Origin: Amoebidium appalachense
Lineage: Eukaryota > Protista > Ichthyosporea
Length of the DNA stretch: 64,000 nt
Assembly (NCBI GenBank): GCA_963693365.1
Contig: CAVNZM010000015.1
Location: 1-64,000, forward strand
Reading direction: 5' to 3'
The notes under the pieces were generated by a model that saw only the letters and a list, made by a program, of their open reading frames with translations, was not told the origin of the DNA and searched no databases. This document shows, piece after piece, positions 49,964 through 62,732 of this stretch. The position numbers were made by a program, and so were the translations under genes. How positions within the stretch are numbered: position 1 is the stretch's first letter; each line of letters opens with the position of its first letter.

Positions 49964-51086
49964 CACCTTCTCGGTGTATGCCTGCACCCTGTTGGCCAAC
50001 ATTTACATATTAAGGGTATGTATGTGCGGCCGTACAAGTTCTTACACATTCACCTTTGCACATAGGTCTTCCTCTCGCACGGCGGCCCGAGCCCACCGTT
50101 CCTCCAACATGGCCTGTAACACCGGCGCCAACGCAGGCCGCGGAAGGGCTCCAGGGCCCCAGGGCCCCGCGGTCCCAGGGCAGCAGGGGTTTGCCATGCT
50201 GGGGGGGCTGGAGATGTGCCTGGACATAAACGCGGGCTTTGGCTCAGCAGGGCAGCAGGGTGGCCTGGACATGAACATGGACATGGGCTTCGGCACGCAG
50301 CAAGGCCAGCAGGCTTTCGGGGCAAGCACGGGTATGTGCATGGGCTTTGGTCAGCAAGGAATAAACCCCCATATGCCAGCGGGGATGAATGTGGGCTTGG
50401 GCCAGCAGGCCTGCGGAGCCAACATGGGCATGGACATCGGCATGGGAATGATGGGCATGGGCACGGGCATGATTGGCCAGCAGCAGCCCACCGCGGGCTT
50501 CATGTCGAACATGTCTGGTCAGCTACCGTTCCTACAGGGCAACGGTGGCATGTCCCAGACAATGGCTCAGCCATTGGGTCAGCAGACAATCCAGTTTAAC
50601 GGCGGGTTTGTAAGCCAGCAGCAGCCCATCGCCGGCTTCATGTCAAACATGTCCGGTCAGCTACCGTGTCAACATGGCAACGGCTGCATGTCCCAGCCAA
50701 TGGCCCAGCCATTGGGTCAGCAGACAAATCAGCACAGCGGCGGGTTTGTAGGCCAGCAGCCCATGGCCAGCCTGCAGCGGTGCAACCAGCCACAGCCCCG
50801 GCCTAGCTTGCAGCAGCAGCAGGCCGCTGTGTCCCAGCAGCCTCTACAGCAACAACTACAGCCTTTGGGCCAGCCTGCCCTACAGCCTCAGCCCGGTCAG
50901 CAAGTGCTTCAGCCCCAGCCCATGCTACCTATGCTGCATTTGCATCTTGAGCCACTTGAACAAGGCCAGGTGCAAGGCAACCAGGGTGAGGGTGAGGGGG
51001 ATGAAGAGGTTGAGGGAGGTGAGGGACGTGAAGGAGAGGGGAGGTGCGAGGACGAGGATATGGAGGAGGTCAACGGGATAGAGTAA
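49230..51086 (+). CDS. Q/G/M-rich low-complexity (prion-like) protein with acidic tail; main exon 50066-51086, candidate upstream exons 49230-49272 and 49390-49501
   Basis: 1-kb microsatellite-free ORF with GQQG/MGMG motifs, a 46-aa internal duplication (QQQPxAGFMSNMSGQLP..MAQPLGQQTxQ..GGFV) and an E/D-rich C-terminus; upstream GT-AG introns are in phase. It may begin further upstream (unique islands at 47930-48410). Confidence 0.7.
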
Positions 51087-52489
51087 GACCCTGGGAATAA
51101 CCAGAGACTAATGTAAAGAGCCGCACTTGTGTTATCATACTGACGTCTAAGTGTGGCACAGGTTGCACCCGTATTTGTCAAAAGCTAACTTTTCTTTTCT
51201 TTCTGCATAGCGCAAGCTGGAGGAGGTGTTTGGGGGGTAAAAACGAGCCCATGTACAGAAACACACTCGTGTCCTTTCAGCAATATATAGATGTTGGCCA
51301 TATTGCAACTGTTTTTCGTTAATTTGAAATTTAGCTTAGAAGCTGAATTATCGGCCCGGGCCATTTCGGTTCGGACGTTTGTATAGGTGAAACAACCCCA
51401 GAACTGGATGTTATTGTTACGTTACAGAATGCCACGTCTACTGGCCATGTATACAGGAAAATGCAGTTTTACACCTTGATTTTATCTTACAACGGCTCCT
51501 GAGTTGTGTAAATAAACACATTTTATTGCACACTGACATGTGACGATGTAAGCACACAAACCCCACACGTACAGATAATGTGGGAAGGAATGTTTTTTTT
51601 TTTGTGGAGCCTCTAAGGACATACACATATGCACACATGTACACATACCCACACACGCACACATATACACATACCCACACACGCACGCATACACACACAC
51701 ATACACAGGCACACTCTCACACACGTGTGCCCAGTCACAAGCGGGGGCATAGCCCCCCCCCCCCCCCCACAGCAGGCCACCCACCCACCCACTCAATGCA
51801 TACACACCCACATCCACCCACATATGCCCCCACCCACCCACCCACCCAGGTGGCTAGCCAGCCAGACAGCCACCCATCCCCCCCCCCCACCCCCCAACCC
51901 AACCCACATTCACACAGGTGCAAACACAAACACTCGCACATTTACACACATTTGTGCACTCATACGCACACATAAACCCACCCACTCACAAATGCACATC
52001 ACACCCAATCAATCCACCCACTCACCTACCCACCCACCCAGCGAGCCAGCCAGCCAGCAAGCCACCTACCCACCCATACACACATACACGCACACATGCC
52101 AACATGCATATATGCACACGTGCACCCACCTACCCATATACGCACACACACCCACACACACACATCCACCCTGCACCCACATATGGGCAGATAGGCACCC
52201 ATGCACACGTGTACACGGGTCCAAAAGCACATGTGCACACACTCACCCACACACACACACAGACACATAGGCAAACACAGACACACATACACACACATAC
52301 ATACACACATACACACACATACGGAACACGGCACATGGCACACGACAAACACACACTGTGGAACACACAAATGCACATGAACATGCACATGCACACACAC
52401 ACAGACACACAGACAGACAGACATACACAGACACACACACAGGCACACGCATACATACACATGGAACACGACACACGGCACACGACACA

Positions 52490-53030
52490 TACACAGAGTA
52501 GCAGTGCCATGTGTGTGGGTGGGTTAAAGACGTGTTGTTGTTGTGTATGTGTGTGTCTGTGGGTGTGTGTGTCTGTGTGTGTCTGTGTGTGTGTCTGTGT
52601 GTGTAGGTCTGGGCGGGTGGGCGGGTGGGTGGGTGGGTGGGCGGAGGGTGCGTGTGTGTGTGTGCGTGCGTGCGTGCATGCGTGGGTGGGTGGGTGGGTG
52701 GGTGGGGTGGGTGTGTGTGTGTGTAGTGTGTGTGTGTGCGTGGGTGGGTGGGTGGGTGGGTGGGGTGGGTGTGTGTGTGTGTGCGTTTCTGTGTGTTTCT
52801 GTGTGTATTTGTCTGTGTGTGTGTGTGTGTGTGTCTGTGTGTGTAGGTCTGGGCGGGTGGGTGGGTGGGTGGGCGGAGGGTGTGTGTGTGTGTGCATGCG
52901 TGCGTGGGTGGGTGGGTGGGTGGGTGGGTGGGGTGGGTGTGTATGTTTGTGTGTGCGGTCACGGTGTTTAGCTGAGGAGGAGAGGTTATATTGGGTGTTT
53001 GTGTGTGTTCGTGTGTTTGTGCAAACGACT

Positions 53031-53066
<36 letters not shown>

Positions 53067-53555
53067 AGAATAGCAGTGCCATGTGTGTGGGTGGATTAAA
53101 GACGTGTTGTTGTTGTATGTATGTGTGTGTCTGTGTCTGTGTCTGTATGTGTGTTGTGGGTGTGTGTGTCTGTGTGTGTATGCGTCTGTGTGTGTGTGTG
53201 TCTGTGTGTGTAGGTCTGGGGTGGGTGGGTGGGTGGGTGGGGGGGGTGAACAGAGTAGCAGTCATGGTGTGGGTGGGTTAAAGACGTGTTGTTGTTGTTG
53301 TGTGTATGTGACTGTGTGCGTCTGTGTGTGTGTCTGTGTGTGTAGGTCTGGGTGGGTGGGTGGGTGGGCGGTTGGGCGGAGGGTGCGTGTGTGTGTGCGT
53401 GCGTGCATGCATGCGTGCGAGCGTGGGTGGGTGGGTGGGTGGGGTGTGTGTGTGTGTGTGTGTGTGTGTTTGTGCGGTCACGGTGGTTAGCTGAGGAGGA
53501 GAGGTTATATTGGGTGTTTGTATGTGTTCGTGTGTTTGTGCATGCGATTGGGGGG

Positions 53556-53596
<41 letters not shown>

Positions 53597-54035
53597 AAAG
53601 GCGGTGGGTTAAAGTCAAGACCCAGGGAGACACATGCGTGAGGGAGTGAGGATTAGTGCTAATGCAATGTATGTGTGGGTGTGTGTATGTGTGCGTGTGG
53701 GTGTGTGGGTGTGTGCATGTGTGTGGGTGTCTGCAAGTGCGTATGAGTAGGTGTACGTAAGCGTATGTGTGTTCGTGTGTGCATGCCGCTGCACTGCTGC
53801 CCATTGGATTTTTTATTTTGGGGGGGGGGGGGGGGGGGGGAGGGGGGGCAGAAAGGCGGTGGGTGAAAGTCAAGACCCAGGGAGACACATGCGTGAGGGA
53901 GTGAGGATTAGTGCTGATGCAATGTATGTGTGGGTGTGGGTGTCTGCAAGTGCGTATGAGTAGGTATTCGTAAGCGTGTGTGTGTGTTCGTGTGTGCATG
54001 CCGCTGGATTGCTGCCCATTGGATTTTTTTTTGGG
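52490..54035. repeat. Nested local duplications in intergenic microsatellite DNA
   Basis: CAGA(G/A)TAGCAGT(GC)CATG..TTAAAGACGTGTTG x3 (~52494, 53066, 53251); GCGGTCACGGTG.TTAGCTGAGGAGGAGAGG x2; GGCAGAAAGGCGGTGGG..AAAGTCAAGACCCAGGGAGAC x2 (~53592, 53847). Confidence 0.85.
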
Positions 54036-54340
54036 GGGGGGGGGTAATAGGGGAGGCACGAATAAAAAGACAGACAAACGTATGCTTCACTTATTTTACT
54101 TGGAGCGTGTACACGTACTGTCCGAGCTTCCGCTTATTTTCCATTCGCATGTCTATACAACCCCATCACAGGCAGATATATAAAAACGGTTCATACATAT
54201 GTACAAGCAAAACACAATCATTCATTCTAGACAATTGCATTCGAATACAAACACGTCTACGTCTCCCAATCTATACCCCCAACCCCCACAACACCAAAGA
54301 AAAGCCCATAGACGTTTAACCGTTTTAGCAACAGGGTGAT

Positions 54341-55662
54341 TCAATTCAGACGGACCAATCTGGATGTGCGCACATTTTTTTTACATCTCTCGAGATACTC
54401 GAAAACCACAATGCCATCCCTGGTGGCCTTATTGAGAACGGACGCTCTCGTACTTTCGCTCACTGGGCCGCCCGTATTTCCCTCGAAAAAGACAAGGACG
54501 GCACCAACCGTGATGCCGTACCTTTTCCTCAAACTATCTCGGTAGCGATCAGCCTTGAAGAGTCCATCACCAGGTTCCTGCCAGTCCTTGATCTCGACCA
54601 CTATTTTACGGAATAAATTCACCAAATCCGCTTCCGGTGGCTTCTTACCGACCGTGAACTCGTCCGGATTAGACATCCGTGTGTGGGTACCAGGACCCAA
54701 CCCATCATGGACAAACCAGGAGACGGTTTCATGCTTGGTGGTGCATTCAAGCACTATTTCCCGGCTTTTAGAGGCAGGAGCCGTGGGGACACTTTCAGTC
54801 TCCCGTTTTGGTCTGCCGCCGTAGATATCAGCCACGGAGGCAAACTGTTGGAGGCACTCGGCGGCCCCCGACAGTATAGTTGACGTGAAGCTTTTGACGT
54901 TCACGACTCCCTTCCCTGCTACTCCTGGACAGCCGCATGGCACTTTTCCATTATTTTCCAGCATGCACATGGAACATGCGGAAGCTCCGCACACGCAAAA
55001 GTTGGTGGATAGATGCCCACATGCACCTTCAAGGAGACGTGCCATATCAAGAGCGTGGCGCTGCAGGTGAGGGGTGTCAGATTGCTCGCATTCAAATAGA
55101 ATTTACGACTATTCTGTTTGCATAGGTTAATGTCCACCTATTCTCACCGCCCAAAAATTTGCACACAGTTGGGATATGCTCATTGGTCGAGGATTTAGTA
55201 CTAGAAGAAGAGTTATCACTGCCTGACTCTAAACAAGGTCATCTGTCGTACATTTACAGCTTCTCTTCTCCGCTGAGCGATTTGTTCTTATGTGAGCGGG
55301 GAACATGCACATCTTATTTTTCTTGGTTCCGTTTTTTTGGGGTGGGTGGGTGGGTGTGTGGGGGGTGGGCGAAGGAGAATCTTACATACCTCTGTTATGG
55401 GGACAGTTTCCAACGGTGTGTCTGGATCGAAAAATTCGCGCGCATATGCACAAAGCGCTGTCAGAACGCTCGGGAACCAACCCAGGCATTTAGAGTATTC
55501 GGTTTCACAGCATGGAGCCGTTGCCGGCGTATCTTTGCCCAGTAGCTTATCTTTACATATGCCACAAAAAGCCATATGTAAGCATCCGCGCATGAAGTAA
55601 AGGGTAGCGTCAATAGCCCCGCACAGGCCACATGTGATCTCTATCAAAGCACGCGTCGAGGC
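54341..55662 (-). CDS. Cys-rich/RING-like zinc-binding exons plus C-terminal PD-(D/E)XK nuclease-like domain
   Basis: Exon ~55390-55662: CGLC..CLHMAFCGIC..PCC (RING-HC-like). Exon ~54341-55061: CGH..CVC..CSMC..PCGC, then E..EADLV..KIVVEIKDW..GLFKADRY..VGAVLVFF, which follows the PD-(D/E)XK motif order. Confidence 0.68.
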
Positions 55663-55756
55663 CTGTTAAATTGTGGGGGGTGAGACGGATTCATACAAAC
55701 ACGAATCTTAGTTTAGTAGAAGGTAGTAGATAGTGTCCTTTCGTTCTGTCATTCCC

Positions 55757-56232
55757 GCTTACCCCACTCACTAACACTCACAAATAAGTCAAAGTCATTA
55801 TCCCACCCACTTACCCCACTCACAAACACTCTTAATAAGGTCAAAATCATTATCCCCACCCACTTACCCCACTCACTAACACTCATAATAAGGCCAAATT
55901 CATTATCTCCACCCACTTACCTCATTCACTAACACTCATAATAAGGTCATATTCATTATCCCCATAATAAGGTCCAGTTCATTATCCCCAGCAACTTACC
56001 CCACTCACTAACACTCATAATAAAGTCAAAGTCATTATCCCCACCCACTAACACTCATAATCGAGTCAAAGTCATTATCCCCACTTACCCCACTCACGAA
56101 CACTCATAATAAGGTCAAATTCATTATCCCCACCCACTTACCCCACTCACTAACACTCGTAGTTAAATCAAAGTCATTATCCCCCACCCACTTACCCCAC
56201 TCACTAACGAGTTTAGTAAAAGTCATTATCCC
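55757..56232. repeat. 53-bp minisatellite (~10 units; extra partial copy at ~56413)
   Basis: CACTTACCCCACTCACTAACACTCATAATAAGGTCAAA(T/G)TCATTATCCCCACC repeated with small deletions. Confidence 0.95.
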
Positions 56233-56633
56233 TTTCTAAAAAGGTGTGTTTTTCTTCTTCTTTTTTTTTGGGGAGGGGGTAGGGGGGGGGGGGGATCGTA
56301 GGCTATTATAAGACACAGTTTTAAAAAGGAAGGGGTGATAGTTAAGATTTGAATGTTATTATCCAAAGTCTGAAATACGAGTTTCGACAGTGTTTTTAAA
56401 ATCTGTAATTTCTACTTACCCCACTCACTAACACTCACAGTTAAGTTTAGGCTAACATCGGTTAAGTTCAAGTCAACATCCCCTTCTAAAAAAGGGGTGC
56501 ATTTTCCTTTTTTTATTAAAATCAAATCCTGCATTGCTGCATCATCCGTGACTACCTCTCGTGCCGTTATTTAAGGCTCTGATTCGTGTATGTGTGTGAC
56601 ATAATCAAAAGCGAGGAAGAATGTAGAAGACCT

Positions 56634-56671
<38 letters not shown>

Positions 56672-57019
56672 GGGTAAAAAAACGGGAAACAACAAGTTAG
56701 AAAATGCTCAAAATGGAATAAGATTCATGCGAAGGGGGAAAGTAAAAGGAAAATGCTCAAAATGGAATAAGAATCATGCGAAGGGGGAAAGTGAAAGAAA
56801 CAAGTAAACAAAGCATCGAAATGAAGATGGATGCCTTAACGAATGCAAGACAAATGAAGATCACTGCAAACAGAGAAAGGAAAAGAGCAAAAATAGGAGG
56901 TTGGGGGGGGGTCGATGCACTTACAAGGCCTTCACCAGTCACAGGTACTACATCTCTTGGGCCACTTGTAACTCACTTACCTACAGGAAAGGAGGAGAAA
57001 AGGGAAACAATACCATGAA

Positions 57020-57238
57020 AAAAACAACCCCTCGAAAAGGGGGAAAGAGGAAAGATAGAGAGGGGGGGGGGGGGGGGGGGCACGACCCTTCTGGGAAAGC
57101 GCTCCCCCGAGGCCATCACGGTGCGCTCCCTGCTACCTCGCGTGGCATAATTGCAGGGAGGACACAGCTCCGGGAAGAGGAAGAAAGCGAGACAATATGC
57201 ATGAAAACGACCCATCGAAAAGTGGGAAAGGGGAAGGA

Positions 57239-57282
<44 letters not shown>

Positions 57283-58190
57283 GACCCTTCTGGGAAAGCG
57301 CTCCCCCGAGACCATCACGGTGTGCTCCTTGCTACCTCTGGGCCTAATCGCAGAGAGGACACAGTTCCGGGAGGAGGAAGAAAGGGAGACAATATGCATG
57401 AAAACGACCCATAGAAAGAGGGGGGGGGGGGGAAGGGGGAAAGGGGAAAGAGAGGGGGGAGGGGGGGGGGGGGCGCGACCCTTCTGGGAAAGTGCTCCCC
57501 CTAGACCATCACGGTGTGCTCCTTGCTACCTCTGGGCCTAATCGCAGAGAGGACACAGCTCCGGGAGGAGGAAGAAAGGGAGACAATATGCATGAAAACG
57601 ATCCATAGAAAGAGGGGGGGGGGGAAGGGGGAAAGGGGAAAGAGAGGGGGGGGGGGGGGGGGGGGCACGACCCTTCTGGGAAAGCGCTCCTCCGAGACCA
57701 TCACGGTGTGCTCCTTGCTACCTCTGGGCATAATCGCAGAGAGGACACACCTCCGGGAGGAGGAAAAAAGGGAGACAATATGCATGAAAAAGACCCATAG
57801 AAAGAGGGGGGGGGGGGAGGGGGGGCACGACCCTTCTGGGAAAGCGCTCCCCCAAGGCCATCACGGTGCGCTCCCTGCTACCTCGCATGGCATAATCGCA
57901 GAGAGGACACAGCTCCGGGAAGAGGAAGAAAGGGAGACTATATGCATGAAAACGACCCGTCGAAAAGGGGGAAAGGGGAAAGAGAGAGGAAGGTGGGGGG
58001 GGCACGACCCTTCTGGGAAAGCGCTCCCCCAAGGCCATCACGGTGCGCTCCCTGCTACCTTGCGTGGCATAATTGCAGAGAGGACAAAGCTCCGGGAAGA
58101 GGAAGAAAGGGGAGACAATATGCATGAAAACGACCCACCAAAAGGGGGGAAAGGGGGGAAGAGAGAGAGAGAGGGGGGGGGGGGGGGCAA
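57020..58190. repeat. Six-unit tandem array (~160-200 bp units) of two subtypes, resembling duplicated exon-intron cassettes on the minus strand
   Basis: GGCACGACCCTTCTGGGAAAGCGCTCCCC..CCATCACGGTG..GCTACCT..GAGGACACAGCTCCGGGA..GACAATATGCATGAAAACGACCC at ~57079, 57278, 57472, 57664, 57823, 58001, separated by G/purine tracts. Confidence 0.95.
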
Positions 58191-58437
58191 ATTGCATATT
58201 GTGAAACAGGAGAGGGTGGATAAGCCACGACTTGAGCAAACCATCCAGGGTATATTAACTGGTTAAATTAAGTAGTTCAACAAACAAGACAAATAAACCC
58301 CATGGTAAAGACGAACTGTCGATGAAGAAATCAATGGAAATGGGAGAAAAATGAATAAGCTCTCAGACGAAATTGAAATGCTATGATTAACGTAAAAATT
58401 CCAACTCAAACAAGAAAAACGTCCCACCCCTACCCAC

Positions 58438-60597
58438 CTGTGAATTTTTGGCGGCGACACGTCTTTGGTAGTTCCTGCGTAGCTGTGCATTCAATGCTTG
58501 GTTTGGACCCAACTTGTCCCGATCAGACTTTGGAATGGTAGTCATTTTCACGTCACGACACAGATTAGTCAGTGCCTGTACGAAAAGCACGTAAGTATCA
58601 TAACTTCCCCCAATACCATCCGATGGGCACCCACTCTCCCTCACATAAGCACGGGGAAAACGACAAAGACAGCCATAGAACGTTGAAAAGAGGGCGCTTT
58701 TGCAAGGATATGCGGGGCCATGATTCTGTGGCTGGCTGGTAATGATGGGACGGTTTCGTATAATCTGACCAATACCACCCCCCTCCCCCCCTCTTCCTGC
58801 TACATCAATTTCCCATGTGGAGTAACTGCACATCACAGGGACCAGTTGAATGTCAACAGATTTCTTTTTGCTTTATAGTACAGCATGCATTTGAACGACG
58901 ATGATGGGGAAAAGGGAAGTGTAGATGAGAAAGGGAGACCAAAATCAGAGTACTAAGGCTTAAACTTGACGTACTTGCAGTCCTTTTGCGTTGCTTCCTG
59001 TGTGAGTGCGTTTGCCTCCTCCTGACGCTGATCTTCGTATTGGGCTTTCAGCCTCTTTGACTCCTTCATTACCTCGTCCTCATGCACGTCGTCGAGCAAC
59101 TGTAAAAAGTGTAAGCATCACATTGAAAACCCATGACAAATACACAACGTGGGCTGGGGCGAGAGTGAGTGCACGGAAGGGTCACTCTCATTCAGCATGC
59201 ACACTCGCATACATCCATGCCTACACACTCACCCACACCCATATACTACACATGCACACCCATATACTACACAATCAGCACATACACTCTCACACATTCA
59301 CTCCCATACACTACATAATCAGCACGCACACTCGCATACATGCACGCACGCCTATATCAAAACCATGAGCCTATGCCAAACCCGAAACCGTGCATTGTAG
59401 GCTGTAGGATATACACCGTGGACATTGTTCTCATATCTAACATACTAAACATAACAAACACTTAACATACACAGACACCTAGGCATACACATGTGCAAAC
59501 CATACGAATGAAAGAGCATGCATGTTGACATAAGACTTCACCCTTAATATCGACATACCTGCACAGCCTTTTCGGTATTATCCTGCTCAAGTGCGTCTGG
59601 ATATGGGGGGTTGAGTGCAGCCGCGCATGTGCACGGCCTCTTCACTCCGCGGGGGGAATAAGACGGTGGCGGCAAGGATGCCTGCACCAGCGCTTCCTGT
59701 GTTTACGAAAGTGTTAATTAAACAAACGGTCCTTGGCGTATGCGCACGGTATGTGCAAGCCCGGCTAAGTCCGGCTACATGTACCCAATTTACGGCCTGC
59801 TACATCTGGTCTATGACCGTCAAAATGGGTGATGAGTGTGTGAGTGCACATTTTGTTGTGTGTATTTAACGTGTGTGTATGCATGCATATGCTCTGTACG
59901 TTTGTGTGAATGTGCACCTGAAGTGTAATTTGCATGCACGTGTGTGCTTTGTATGTTTATGAGAGGATGTGTGGTGTGTGTATGCATGCATGTACACGTG
60001 TGCCTTTTGCATGCTTTGAATGCATATGTTTTGGTACGTGATGGTCTTTCTGTCGATGTATGTGCGTTTGTGCTGGCGTTTGGCATAAATGTTTGGGCTT
60101 GTCTTGTTTTTTTTGTCTCCCTAAAACTATCGTATGGGCCTTGTGATATGTGTGAGCTTTTTGGCCATTAGACTCTTACGTTCCCGGAAGAAGTGGTGCA
60201 GTTGTTGTTGACAGCAACAGGGCGTTATTTGTTTTGTAGCTACGACTAGTGTTTTGTGTTAGGAAGCGGAAAAAAGCACAACAAACTTATCGAAGAATCA
60301 ATGCACTTACATATGGAAAGAAGTCTCTGACGCATAACACGCACATGCACACGCACACGCATGCCCATTTCAGATACAAGCAAATGCCACAAGAGACATG
60401 AAAAAGAACCATTTAGGAGGAGGAGAAAATTTATACTGACCAAAATAAAAAAAAAAGACCGGGTCGTATGTATACAAGGCACGAACTGAGCGTGAAAAAA
60501 AAGGTTCACTTACATCTTTTTGTACTTCCGGGACACTCCGGCACACGTCCCCGAAGCTGGGGGGAGGTAAGGAACGCACTGACGAATTCATAGCCAT
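58438..60597 (-). CDS. 5' exons of an unknown protein with a coiled-coil segment, possibly the same gene as the RING-nuclease exons
   Basis: GT-AG exons 60514-60597 (MAMNSSVRSLPPPSFGDVCRSVPEVQKD), 59559-59696 (EALVQ..EKAVQ), 58975-59099 (LLDDVHEDEVMKESKRLKAQYEDQRQEEANALTQEATQKDC), and ~58438-58575 (ALTNLCRDVK..NAQLRRNYQRRVAAKNSQ). Confidence 0.6.
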
Positions 60598-61331
60598 GGC
60601 AGCGTCCGTCCGAAAGGCAAAACAACAAAACAAAATCAACTTCAATACAAAACAACCCAAAGAAACGGTACCGGGGCGGAGAAATGCTCTATGAATACCT
60701 GACTATCTGCGCATCGCAATTGTGCCATCCATTGACGTGATACACGACTAATCACCTTACATTTGCTAATTTCTGATTCGCTTCATGTCATGGTGTTGAT
60801 TTCGCCGCTTTTCGTGGCGTGGATGTTCTTTTTGTTGGTCTGAGTACCATTTTACATGGCGTTTTCAATTAAAACTGCTCACAAGAGTTATCGGTCATGA
60901 ATGTTTGGAAAAAAAAAACCCATATGTTTATACATTTTTTTCACATATTTTGTAATTGCAGCTCTTATGTACTTGGACCTTTTTGCATTGGCATGGTTAC
61001 CTAACGAATGATTGGCTTAGACTTCATCATCCACTAATTAACCGCTCATTAGAATACTTTTTATTCGAACAAATCGATTTCTGGAGAATATAAGGTAAAA
61101 GGGGCATATTCCTTAATATCTAAGTAAAATAAATGCACAATAATCATAAATTGAAACTATTTTGTCAGTGGTAAAAACTAAGCGTTTTTTAGACTGCGTA
61201 TGGACGGTTTGTGATTACGATGAAACGGATTTCAAGGGCTTTTAAAGATTGCGGATTGGCTTGATGTCATCTATAGTTTATGCCGGAGCCTTTTTATTGG
61301 ACCATCGAATTCATTGACGGAGGGAGGGGGG

Positions 61332-61445
<114 letters not shown>

Positions 61446-61602
61446 GATAGAGAGTGAGAGAGTGAGAGTGTGTGTGTGTTGTGGGGAGGGGGGAGGGGGA
61501 GGGAGGGGGGGGGGGGGGGGGGGGGGTGACAGAAAGAAGTAAGCGAGGCGCAGGGCAGGAGCATGAATAAAGTCATAAATTAAGAACCGACCTGTTTTGC
61601 AG

Positions 61603-62223
61603 ACCAACTGCGACGCATCGATAGGCGGCTAGAGCAGCTGTACCTTCATCTCCCACCCTCCGACTACTGCCGCCCACCTAAGGGTAAATCGATCGTCAGT
61701 CGTACCGGTTGGAAAGCCGCTACCTATCGCCATTTCCTTCACTACGGTGCTCTATATGTATTCTACGGTATATTCACCGCTGCCGACTATGAAATATGGC
61801 GAAACCTGTTCCTGGCTAGTCATCATTGGGCTAAGGACGATGTTACGTTGGAGGATCTAAAAATAGCAGACACACATTACGCCAAGTTCCTGGAACTACT
61901 TAAGCAAGAAGGATACTACGGTGAACAGCCGGACGGAAAACAAAAACCGCTCAAGCCCAACTATCACTATGCATCCCATTTTTCTAAATTCATTCGGCAA
62001 TTTGGGTCCTTCCGGAACTGGTGGTTGTTCTTTTATGAGCGCCTTAATGGCTTCCTCCGGAGCTTCGAAACCAACAACAAAGGTATGTACTGCCCAGCAC
62101 AAAGTGTGTTTGTGTTTGTGTGTGTGCGCGCATGTGTATGTGATTTAGAGTTGGGGGGGGGGGGGGGGGGGGGGGGGGGGAGAGAGGGGGAGAAGCGAGG
62201 GAGAGAGACAGAGAGAGGTGCGT

Positions 62224-62254
<31 letters not shown>

Positions 62255-62320
62255 GGGAGATCGAGACGAGAAAGGAGAAGAGAGAGGGAGAGAGAGAGGG
62301 AGAGAAAGAGAGAGAAAGAA

Positions 62321-62394
<74 letters not shown>

Positions 62395-62408
62395 GAAAGG
62401 TAGATAGG

Positions 62409-62440
<32 letters not shown>

Positions 62441-62653
62441 GTGGGTGTGTGTGTGGGGGGGGGGTTTGTTTTATCTGGTCGGAAACCACGGGGGGGGGGG
62501 GGGGGGGGGGGGGAGAAGGTGAAAGGGCAAGAATGAGAGAAGAAGAAAGGGAAGCAGGAAGAGAAGGAGGAGAAGGTTAGAGGAAGAAGGGGCCTGGATC
62601 GAGAAGGGGATGTAGGAAACATGCAGACGGGGGCACAACGGATGGATGGATGG

Positions 62654-62732
<79 letters not shown>

